DNA of 64,000 bases from the human T2T-CHM13v2.0 reference genome, Homo sapiens: NCBI RefSeq assembly GCF_009914755.1, contig NC_060925.1. One strand, written 5' to 3'. The notes under the pieces are model-generated. The model searched no databases, had not been told where the DNA came from, and saw nothing but the letters and a program-made list of their open reading frames with translations. Positions 51,653 through 62,862 of this stretch are shown here, in pieces; position 1 is the first letter of the stretch, and each line of letters starts with the position of its first letter. The translations under genes and the position numbers were made by a program.

Positions 51653-53649
51653 ACATCAGAGCAGAATGAGAAGTTTTGTTCTGCACTGTTAGGCTGAAGA
51701 TGGCTGGTCAATCCCCACCTGAGTAAAGGAGAATGAGAAGACTGGTGCAAGGTGGTTGGGGTGGAGGCTGGATTCTGAGGGCTATCTAGACAGTCAAGCC
51801 TCTGCTGATTTGTGTGACTTTACAGCCTTGTTAGCTGGTGATTTCTAATCCCATGTCTGGTTGAAAATGTGGCTGAGGTGGAGGTGTTTGGGCGTAAGGA
51901 GAAAAATTTCCCTCTCTATTCTGAAGCTTCAAAGAGAAATAATTCGCTGTGCTCTATGGGCCCAGGAAGACAAATTCTGGGGCTGATGCTTAAAAAATGG
52001 AAATGGATTTTGTGTTGTATAATAAATACAAATAAATACATCAGTAAGCAAGCCAATAAATAAACCAATAAATAAACCAATGCACACCATTTTTTCCCTC
52101 TTAAGGTGGTTCTCCCCTCACCCCATTGAACCTGGTGACTTACACTCTGCCCCTGGTCACCTGAAGGCACCCAGCCTGGCCGTGGAAGGGGGAACAAGAT
52201 GACTGCCTTGGCTCTGGCTCTCCAAGGATCAGAGAACACAGAGAAACCTAGAGAGGCCACCCACATGGAGAAGGAGGAGGAAGGGAGATACAAATCCCCC
52301 GTTTCCCACCCAAAAGCATAGGGAGGGAAGGCAGGGTTTGGGAACCAAGGCTGGGCCACATTAGGTATTTAAAGTCCAGGCTGACCAGCTCTTCATCCCT
52401 AGGAGGCTTCACTTTGAGGGTTGGGGAAAGGACTTGGGATCTGAATGAACCCCATCTTTCTACACACAAAAAGATACAGCAGGCACAACTCTCACTTTAA
52501 CACAGCTCCCCATGGGCCAAGCAGGCAGCCCAATCAGCCCAGGGCAAGTGCCACATGGCTCGTGGAGGGTGGGTAGGAGGGACTGGTCACGGGACGGGAG
52601 GAAGGCGAGGAGGTAGGCAGGATGGCACACATTTTAATGGGAAATCAGCTGTCCAGGGATTCAGCTTCTGGAGCCGCCAGCCATTGCTCACTTCCTCCTT
52701 CTCAGTCTCTGCCATGTGGTTGTGCTTGCTGGGCTTTCCTTGTCCTACTAGGAGACCTGTATGTGGACATGGAAACATGTAAATAAAGCGGGCATTAAGA
52801 CAGTGATCAAAGAAATGTCATTCCCTAAAAGCAGATGGTCATGATCTGGGCTCCATTAATAGATTTCAAGGGGAGATGACCCTGAAATTTTACAAAAAAT
52901 TTTTGGTATTTATTTTCATATGCACTTCTCTATAAAGAGAATATATAACTTTCATATGGTTATTTTAAAAAGATTAAAAACTAAAATAATATTAAAGGTT
53001 TACAGGTCATTTATATGTGTAACCCATTAGCAAGTCACCAGGCAATCCTCAGAAATGGGGGGGAAGTTGAGACCCCCAATGGCATTGTTTTTTAGCATCC
53101 AAAGCACAAAGGGACTTGCAAGAATCACTGAGTGACCAGAGCTCTGTAGCTCACCCAACATTCCTGTGCAAGGGGGTCACACCACGACTGAGCTAAAACT
53201 TACTGTTTTATTCCAGAGTCCAAATCACATGAGATAAAACTTACTTCTTGAATATGCAACATTAGAGAAAACTGAAGTTATTCAGTTATTCAACTTGAAG
53301 TTCTCATGTAATAGTTGTGGCCATAACAAAGTGGGTGAACTAAAGTTTTAAAATTAGAAAAAAGCAGTCTTGAACATATGAAGAGAGTTGCTCTAGGGTA
53401 AAGCCAAGCATCAGGCATCCTTCTCTTTTTTTTTCTTGATCATTCTTCTGTTTGGTATCTTTGAATTTTTGATATGCTCTGTCTGCTTACAGGGATGTAC
53501 TGCTATAATGACACAAATTTTATGATTATAAATTAATTAATATGTTGCCTTTTCAGATTGTATGCATGGTTTCAATTTTAGGAGAAAACCAAATTTCAAA
53601 TTCTTAGGCAGATGGTAAAAAAAACTTGTTCCAATTGTTTGAAGTCAGT

Positions 53650-53741
53650 AGACAACGCCATTACATATATAATTGGGGACTTAACAGCCTAGAAGACAAT
53701 GCGCCATTACATATATAATTGGGGACGTAACAGCCTAGAAG
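53650..53741. repeat. Two-copy ~46-bp tandem duplication
   Basis: cgccattacatatataattggggac(t/g)taacagcctagaag at 53656 and 53702. Confidence 0.92.
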
Positions 53742-55448
53742 CCATTCTAGAAAGTGTTCCTCTGCATTCCCTGTGCTGTGGAATAGCTGCCATGCTCTTT
53801 GGTGCCACTTCCCCTTCCTGCAATAATGAGATTGGTTAGAATTGGTCAGAGGCACTGACTGTGCTAGGCTTTGCCAGCCCTCAATACCTTGTGTGACACA
53901 GAATGACAGACACAGCAGGGATAGAGGGGAATGAGTGGGGCACAATGTGGTTGCACGTGTGCAGAGGCCTTGAGACACCCTGAGTCTGCCTGCTGCTCCT
54001 GGACCATACTGGAGAGATGCCTGTGTGCCAGTCACATCACCACAATGACTGCTTTATGTCATCATTATTTCACTATATTATTTCTGTTATATTTATTATA
54101 CAATAAGGGTGTCTCTGGGTGAGGAAAATTTTTCTCCAGAAAATATTTTAAATGCACGTTTGGATTCTATCAGTTTTCTCTAAGGCAAGGCACAGAGGCT
54201 CAGAGCTCTCCATCAAATGTGCTCTCACAAGCCTAAAAACTTTGAGGGTGAATATGGCACTGAGATTGGCCTTCTTCCCATTTCACAGATGGAAAAGTGA
54301 AGATCCCAAAGATGGCCTGCATCAGACCACCATCAAGCCAAAATCAGGCCTCAGGGGTCTCAGGTCTTCTGGTCCATGAGACCACCCTGTGCCAATGAAC
54401 ACTGCATTTGATACAGAAAGCAGGCTTGGAAAGATCTAATTCTACTGAAGAGAAAAAGACAGGATCATGTCAAGCTGCAGAAGGTTTGGAATCCAACTGA
54501 GTTTAAAGCTGCTTATTCTTTCACAGCAAATGCCGTATTTCCCTTCTGATGAACGTGCCTGAAGAAGGCGTTTTCCTTTGTTTGATTTTGTGAGTGGCTC
54601 CTGGGAACAGATGCTTTCTTGCTATTTCAGAAGACTTAGGAAATTTTTCAGGTGAGACAGATGAGTCTTTAGTTCCCTGATGCATGTGCATGTGCGTGTA
54701 CAAAGAAATGGGTGGCGTAGCCTCTCAGTCCCTGCTCATCTGATATGCATGTGCAGCGTCTTTCTTTCTTTCCTAATTAGAAGTAATAGCTTTCCATAGT
54801 TTCTGGTACGTGAGGGAGTGAAGTGGGAAATAATTTAATTGGCTGTCTTGCTTTCAAAGCCCAGTTTAATGAAATAGTTCTCAGCCTGAAGTGCATGTAT
54901 TATCTTTCCTGTTATTTTTCCAATTAACATTTCATTGGATCACGTCTGTGTGGAATATTCTAATTGAAGGGCGGGGTGAAGGGACAAGAGCAGATGGAGA
55001 GATAACCAGCTGTTTCTTTCATCCCCAGTGTCTGTGCACATACTGACGTGGCTGGAGGTTTTTCCTAGCGCCTTTCCTTCAAAGGGCTCAAAGTGCTCGA
55101 GAGAAGTCCTTCCCTGTCAACCTCACCCATCCTCATGGAGCCCCTGGGCCAGGAAGGCAATATCTCCTTACAGGCACACTGGCTGATGCACTGGATAGAG
55201 AGAACTAAGCAGGCATTTCCCCAGGTTCTGGGCTCCCTTCTGATGGATGAGCCCAAGGGGGAAAATGCGCAGCTCCCAAAACTTCCTGTTGGCATTGTCT
55301 CCCTGATGGCAGGACTCTGTTTAGCCTGACACATAGAAGACACTCACTACAGACTTGTTGACAGAACAAGTATTCAGAGGGATACCACAACATCCTCCCT
55401 GCTTGATCTTCTTGTGAAGAGAGGAGTGAGTTGGAGGTGGGCATGAAG

Positions 55449-55721
55449 CAGGGCTGGGACTAGGGGAGGCAAGCCAGGTGCCTAGGATAAACACTGAAGG
55501 AGGCTCGCTTGCACAGGGGCAGGTGGGTACAGGATTCAGTATTTAAGAAGGGACTTACTCCCAGGCCTGTGCGTGGCCTGACAGTGAGTGCCTTCTTAAA
55601 CACTGGATCTTATGAGACCAGCCTGGACAATATAGCAAGACTCCAGCTCTGTGAAAAAATAATAATAAATAAAAATATTCTGGATCCTAGTGCCTGCTTG
55701 GCTCACCCAGTCCCAGGACTG
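55449..55721 (+). mobile_element. hAT-Tip100 DNA transposon (MER96/MER96B-like) with a nested short Alu/FLAM 3' fragment (about 55612-55675)
   Basis: Imperfect TIRs cagggctgggactaggg...cccagtcccaggactg; perfect 8-bp TSD gcatgaag (55441-55448, 55722-55729); internal tgagaccagcctggacaatatagcaagac plus A-rich tail. Confidence 0.8.
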
Positions 55722-58569
55722 GCATGAAGCAAACAATCTCTCCTCCTTTATATTTCCTCTCTGTTCCTAGTAATGCTGGCCCTAGGCTCAGCGATCTCAC
55801 TATCCAAATGCTTCATGGCACTGGCTGTATTCCTCATAGTCCCCAGTAAGGTCCATGTGGCACTGGGTTGTGCTCTGTGTCTCTGGCCTCTCCCATCATT
55901 GCTGTAATTCTAATGTGTTTTCCCTTCTCCCGGGCATTTCTGACCCAGCACTCAGCTGTTTTGAGGATCAACCTGTTTTCTGGGTTAGCCAAGGACATAT
56001 GTGGGCCTGGAGGCAGAGGATGGGCTCCTATGCTTGGCCACATGGCTTGCTGCCCAGAGGCCTGGCTTCACATTTGTCCTGGTGAGAAGAGCTGGTTAGG
56101 TTCTCTTAGGGGCCATTCCCAGGCCCAGCTGGGAGAGGCACAGTTTGGGGTATGGGGACAGGGAGCCCTTGGGAAGCAGCCCTGAGGTGAACTGTGTGGC
56201 TGGTCCATGTAGGGCCATGGGGAATGGGGCTGCCTCGGGCAGGTGCAGAGAGAAGCCATCATCATATATGCCTCCAGTGTGGTGAGACAGCCTGGGGACT
56301 GTAGGGTACAAAAGTTATTTCTTCATTTTACTTGCACCCACACGGCCAAATCTGAAATAACACCGTTAAACTGTGGGGTCCCAGCCAAGATCTGGGACAT
56401 CAAAAACTGTGTAGAGACCCACATAAAACTTTGAATATATATATATTTTCCTCCGAATCTCTTGTCTGAGACCATAACAGGAAAAATGCAGCTGTTCCTG
56501 GCTGGCTTCTCTAGGTTTAAACTAGGCAAATTGGGCTGGGATTTCAAGTCTGGCCTAGACTTGACATTCCAGCCTCCTTTCCTTTCCAAAAGGCCGCTTG
56601 GAGTTCCAGCTACACATTCTTTCTAGAGCTGCTTCCTGGAGTGCTATGCAAAAATCTTTCTTTCCTTGACCACCAGGGTTCACGCCTCCCTGAACAAACA
56701 AGGTGGCTGGGGGAAATGGGACCCACTCTCCGCAGGGGCCAGGCCTCACTTGGCAGTAAGAGTGAGTTCTCCTGAGACGGTTTTGGGCTTCCAAGTAGAT
56801 GAGGCCAGAGGGCCTGCCATCAGCTTCAGGCCCTGTGATTCTACTCAAGTCACAATATCTTACATGAGGCAGCACATTAGGCAATTTGGACTATTTTCAG
56901 ACACTGTCCTACTTTGTCTTTCTGATCGTGATGTTGGCTGGGCTGTATTAATATCTCAGGTAACAGAGAAGGAAACCAAGTCTCAGAAAAGTTAAATGAT
57001 TTGTTCAAGTCCAGCTACCAGCAGGACCTCCAAGATCTCAAGTAATGCTGATGTCCCAGGTTCTGGCCTTCTACCTCAGAGCACCCAACTGGGCCTCCCT
57101 TCTAATGTGGGATAGGAGAGAAACCACTTGAAGGCACAGCCTGGGCCACCTGAACCCTGACTCCTCAGTGGAGCTTATTCTGTCTGGTTAAAGTGCATCC
57201 AGAGATCAATTAGGGCACTCTTTCCTAGTCAGCCCTGCCTGATAAACAGTAGTGGCTGGACAAGTGGAGGAGGGTGCCTGCATTTAACCAGGGAGAGAAT
57301 GTTCTGTGACAACGGAGTAAAGGTCTGGGGTAAAAATATCTGTGTGCAGAGGGCTCAAGTTCTTAGGGCACCACCAATTTAGTGTGACCTTGGACAAGTC
57401 ACTTGAGCTTTCTGCTTCAAACTCCTCATAAAGTGGTGATATAATGCCAAAATATTACAGGATTGTTGAGGATAAAATGGCAAAATATTTGTGTCTGTAC
57501 TATGTAAACTGTAACATACTAATCAGATGGGTGTTGTTACTATTAATAACAACAATGACAGATCAGGCCAATACTAAGACTTTCCATCTTGAACAGAGAT
57601 GCCTCTTGTTCTACACAAAGGAAATGAAAAACTCTTTATAAACTGTAAAGCACTTATACATAAAGGGAATTTTAGGACCCTAAGGTTGGTGATGGGCTCC
57701 GTCATGGGCAGGTGCACCGCTGACCTGGGTGGGGATGACACTCCATCTCCCCAGATGCCTTCCTGTCATCTGGCAACTGGCAACTCTTCTGATGGCCTTC
57801 CATAGGCAGATGTCCTACCAGGGAAACTGGAACCAGATGTACTCAAGATCTCAAAAGAAATTAATGGCAATAAGACTCTGGGGTAAAAATATCTGTGTGC
57901 ACAGAGCTTGCTCACTCAGCTCCCTTTCTATCTAAGGATCATTTAGGCTTAATTATAGAGTTCAGGCATTCATTGGGTTTTTGATTAATTTTCTTTTCAG
58001 TTTGAAGAGTATGTGAGTGTGGCAGGTCTCTGTATGTGTGTGTGTTTACATCTTTCTTTGCAACTCAGTTGGGAGCTGGCTCTTGCAATGTTTAATTGTG
58101 CCCTCAGTTCTAACAAGCACGTTCAATGTGCTAACCAGGGCTTGGAAAGCCATTGTTTCCACTGCTCACACCCCAAAGGCTGCTCCTGCCATGTTGAGGG
58201 ACGGCGGGTGGCAGGGCCTTGTTCAGCTGGGACCTCAGTTGCAGGATGCATGCTTTCCTTCCCCTTTTTGGCCTTGTGGTGCTTAAAGGATTCTGATGCC
58301 AGGAGAGCAGATTTCCTACTCCAATTACTAAGTACTCTGCTAAGAGCTGCTGAGTGACAGCTAGCTCACCCACACTGCAGCCCCTGTCAGGCATTATATT
58401 CTGGGATAACCTCCCAAAGGGTTTCTTTGCATAAGAAAGCAGTGTTTGTTCTCCTATGTTTAGTATGTCCATTTAATAGATTGGGAGAGACTACATGACA
58501 GTGTAGATGAAAGGGACTAGCTTTCTCCTTTCCTTCCTTTTCTTTTGTGCCCTCTAGTCAGGGATGAAC

Positions 58570-58815
58570 AGGAGAGGCAGAACAGGATAGTGGAAGGGCA
58601 TGGAAGTTGGAGCCAAAAGGCCCCATTTCAATCCTGGCTCCTGACATTTTGTTTGTGTACTCATGGATATGCCACTTAACCTCTTTGGTCTCAATTTATT
58701 ATCTGAAAATGGGAATACTACTACTCATCAGTATTACACTCGTAAGACTGGGGATGAGAAAATGCATGTGGAAGGCTTTTGTAAAAATACTCTATAAATC
58801 ATAGTTCTTTTATTT
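58570..58815 (+). mobile_element. MIR
   Basis: atagtggaagggcatgg...caatcctggctcc...cacttaacctct...atctgaaaatggga. Confidence 0.7.
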
Positions 58816-60679
58816 TACTGATCAGAATTGCTGCTTAGTACATGCTTTTGACCTATGAGATTATCATTCCAGCACCAGGAAACAGGGAGTTGTAAAAAGG
58901 TCCACAGAATGGGAGGTGGGTAGGGGACTAGTCTCCAACTCTCTCATGTGCCCCCATCTCATGTGAGATGAGATTCGGGAGATGTGCTTGGCTCTTCAGT
59001 TGGCTAGGTATGTGAGCTACAGCAATGACCCAGGAATGTAAACTGCATGCAGCGAAGGGCCCATATTAAGGGTTCAACCTCAAAACAGCTGTCACAGATA
59101 AAGGGAATCTGGAACATTCAAATTTTCTTTTACATAATAGTAACAAGGATTTCCTCTTGTTCTTTAAAGGACGGATCCAATTGTCTCTAGTTTTAGACTC
59201 ATTGGTTTGTGGGTGAATGGATTAGGGATGATGATAATGTTTTGGTTGGAGACAAGAGGCTGTGAGTTCTAGCTAAGTGTTACCATGTTGTGAGATGAAA
59301 TTTGGGAGATGGGGCCTTCTCTTGGCTCTTCAGCTGGCTAGGTATACCATTCTGAATAGATGACCTAATTTAACGAGGCCTCAAATTCCTTCGGGATCAT
59401 GGACTAAAAGATCTCAAAGGACCTGATTAAGAAAACTTAAGGCCTGATGAAATGCTTTTTCCTACGTAATTCAAAACTCTAGTGCCACCAAGAAGCCATG
59501 TGTTGTGTGTGTGTCTAAGTCCTGAGACCACCCAACTAAAACTTAATCAAGGCACTAAATGAGCCCCTTTAAACTGATGGCATCTGGCGTCAGGCCCAGG
59601 CATTTTGAGGGGAAGGAGGGCTGGATGGGAGGGCAGAGGTGACCTCAACAGAGATTTCAAGGTTAATTCTCTCTTGTACAAGAGACTTTCATTTGGCAAT
59701 ATCCTGACTAAGCTGAAAGATAATGATCCACAAATCACAGGAAGAAAAGGGGTCATTTCCTTGTAAAACAACAGTAACTTGAAAATAATTGGCTAAAGGG
59801 CAATAGAGCATTCTGCCAGGCTGACTTCAGAGCTGAGACACCCAACTATAGAGTTCACAATGGTACCAATAACAATAATCACAATGTATACAGTGCTTTT
59901 AACTTTCATAAGCACTTTCCCATTTTTTTCATTTTGTCATTATACAACTTCCCAGAAAACTGCTGTGGGGGTAATTTCTTTTAAAACTCTGAAAAACTGT
60001 GATTTTTCATGGGAAACAAGCCTAGCTAAGTATGCTACACCTTGCTTTAGATATATAGATAAGCTTCTGAAAAAGTTATTTGTAAATATAGTTGTGTAAG
60101 TCATATCTTATTTTAATGCACTAGGGGAATTTGCAAACATAAATCTTGTATAGCATTTTGTAATGTAAATTCTAATTAATCTGTTGTTTGTTACAACTTT
60201 GGAGTTTAAAATACCAGGTTTTCTTAAAGTGGGGCCACATGGATTAGATTCTAGGGTCAGTATCCACTCCCCAGGATCCCATAGGGGTGGAGTCTAATTC
60301 AGTCTGGGGGAGAGAGTGCTGCCTGTGGTGTCAGCATGGAAAATAAGCTGCTTTGTACTTTAGCCATGGAGCTCTCTGGGACTGCCTTTCCCAAATAAAA
60401 CAAGGAAACATGGGAAGGGACAGAGAATGCCAAACATAACAGCTGAATTATTTCTAAATGAATGTCTCCAGGTCCTCTGTGAGCCACTGATGTATTATTA
60501 ATGTGTTGTTATAAATAACTTGCCATCAATAACTAATCTATAACAGAGTAGTTGATGGTTGGGGTGTGAAGTTAACACTACATAATTTGGAGCAGATCTC
60601 TTAGCACTCTTATGTAAGTAAGTACCATCCCCTGGGACTAGAATCTGAAATAAATTAGACTAAATTGAATTTTTAATAA

Positions 60680-62339
60680 AAGTAATAAACCCTGCTGCTT
60701 TTTATTCTCTATCCACAAACTCTAGTAGAAGACAGCTCTTTGGAGCCAACCATGAGATTGTAAAACTGCTTTGAACTTCAAATTTCTCCCTCTGAAATTA
60801 AGCTAGCAGTGTCTACTTCTTAAATCCACAATGACAATGTGAAAGTTTTATAATTAGTTTGCATGGAAGGGGGTGGTGAACAAGCAAATATATATACAAC
60901 CATATATATGGTTGAATTATTGAGAATAAAGGGAAAAGCTCTTTTTTTGAGGTGGGGGAGGAAGGGTGATTCAAGCTAGAACTGCAAAAATCCTCACTTA
61001 AAGACTGGAAACCCTCAAAAAGAAGTTGTATATTGGCCTGACTAAAGGAAACCTGGCCTCTCATCTTTACTGGTTAAATCTTAGCAATACAGGCTTGCTT
61101 AACATGAGTAGCTTAGATTTTCTTTGAAGAGCTCTAAAGTTAAGTTAAGCCTTAGGAAGTAGTTTCTCACAAATGTTCAAGTTTGAGCTTCTGTGAAATA
61201 GAGCTAAAATAAATATATATAAAAATATACAGCGTATGTACATAGAAAGGCTACAGGTAGATATGTAGGCACTGGTGGCAAATATGCTAGTAATTATGCT
61301 ATATGCATCATGTGTGCATGCGTGCATGTGTGTGTGTGTGTCTATGCATACACGTGTCCATTCCATATGTTCAGATCATTCAGAAACTCAAAAGAAACAG
61401 AATGAAAATGCTGTTCTTATTTGCTGAAATGTTCTTGAACCTTACATGGATTCATGGCTCATAACTTTTTAAATATAAATTTAGGGCTAATCATGGGAAC
61501 AGAATAAGCAGCTGTAAACAAAATCAAGTTAGTTAGGATTTCACTAAAACATGGACAGGGCCCCAAATATCATAACTATTGCAGAATGTGGGAATTACAA
61601 AGCCAAATACTGTGATTAAAAATACTCTGAATAAGCAATCTTTTTGGAAAGAGGTGGGTAGACGGAACTAATGAAGTGTTTCCGTTAGTTCACATCAGCA
61701 CCTTGGACAGTTCCAAGGAGGCTTTCTCCCTCAGAAAGGAGCAAATATCAGTATTTGTCTAGTTTTCTAAGCATTCATTCCATTGAGTGTGTTGATCTGA
61801 TTATCAACTAATAAATGCAGAAGTATTAGTGTGTCATAAAACCTTATTCTTTCCTCTCCCCATCACCCATTCTTTCACCACCCATTTCCCCAGCACCCTC
61901 CAGTCAGACAGCAGGAGTCTGTCTTACGACCACCTGGTGTGGATGTTTTCACTCCTACTTCTAATTGGCTGGGAAGCAGCATTTGCCACAGGCACTGTTT
62001 AATTTCGTTTCCATCCCCTGCATCTCACAGGAAAGAAATGGTCAATAGTTCAGATAAAAGAATCATCCTGGTCAGCTCCAAAATATGGCTACTTGCATGG
62101 TAATCACAGCAAGTCTGTCAAATCAGTGATTTCTTTATTCCTAAGAGGAAGGGATTTTTCCTAAGGATTATGGTTCTACCACCCAAGGAGCAGCCCTACT
62201 CTTCAAAAGTGGCTGCAAAGGCTGGCAAACCGAGAGGTCTGCTTTGGCTCAGAAACTCTGTTTGGCTCCTGCCACCCCTGGCACCCTCACTGCATGTCTC
62301 AGAGGCGTGTGATCCACACACAGTCAGGCCAGTCTGCTT
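60680..62339 (-). other. FAM78B: FAM78B 3'UTR with several candidate poly(A) signals
   Basis: Largely repeat-free sequence after the stop. Minus-strand AATAAA at 62139-62134 and 60706-60701, ATTAAA at 62003-61998, AATAAG at 61421-61416. The true 3' end cannot be fixed from sequence alone. Confidence 0.65.
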
Positions 62340-62862
62340 CTACTTAGGAGGGATCACAACCAGAGGTGGCCCCCGCTTGGGCCTCCACATGAGGACCTGG
62401 GCATCATTGGCATTGGGTTTCACTAGTGCATTAGGGGGGATGGGTTCCATCCGGCTCAGGATCCGGGGCTGCTCCTGCTGAGTCCTGCCCACCAGCCGGG
62501 CCCGCTGCCCCAAGAGCTGAAGAGGGTCCACTTCAATGTCCACCCTCATCCTCCACTTGATGGTCTGCAGAATGATCTTCTCCTTTGTGGTGGTGTTCAT
62601 GGCCACCAGCCAGGTCGTGAAACTTTGGTCTCTCTTGATTCTTGTGAGCAGTGGCACATTGCTGTCACTCACAGGCACTGCCCATGTCACACTGGGGTAG
62701 AAGTTGTCATTCATGCTGACGGAGAACCTGGAGATCTTGTTGGTGGGGCCAACCAGGGTCACAGTTTCTGTGGTGTTCCCGTACCAAGGGTAGCTCACCC
62801 CATCTGAGTCACTGATGGCTTTTACTCTCCCTTCCCTCAAGTCAGGCAGTTCCCAGCTTGAC
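62340..62862 (-). CDS. FAM78B: FAM78B last coding exon (C-terminal 173 aa plus the last base of the preceding split codon)
   Basis: Translation SSWELPDLREGRVKAISDSDGVSYPWYGNTTETVTLVGPTNK...WRPKRGPPLVVIPPK* matches FAM78B as I know it (the paralog FAM78A differs, ending ...PPKHR). Minus-strand acceptor tcttctgctttgccAG|G has AG at 62864-62863; stop TAG is at 62342-62340. The ORF-track N-terminus MHVFCFAR is intronic read-through. Confidence 0.97.

Noticed and set aside
62170-62807. Plus-strand ORFs overlapping the FAM78B exon
   Set aside because: Antisense shadows of a GC-rich coding exon; no independent evidence.
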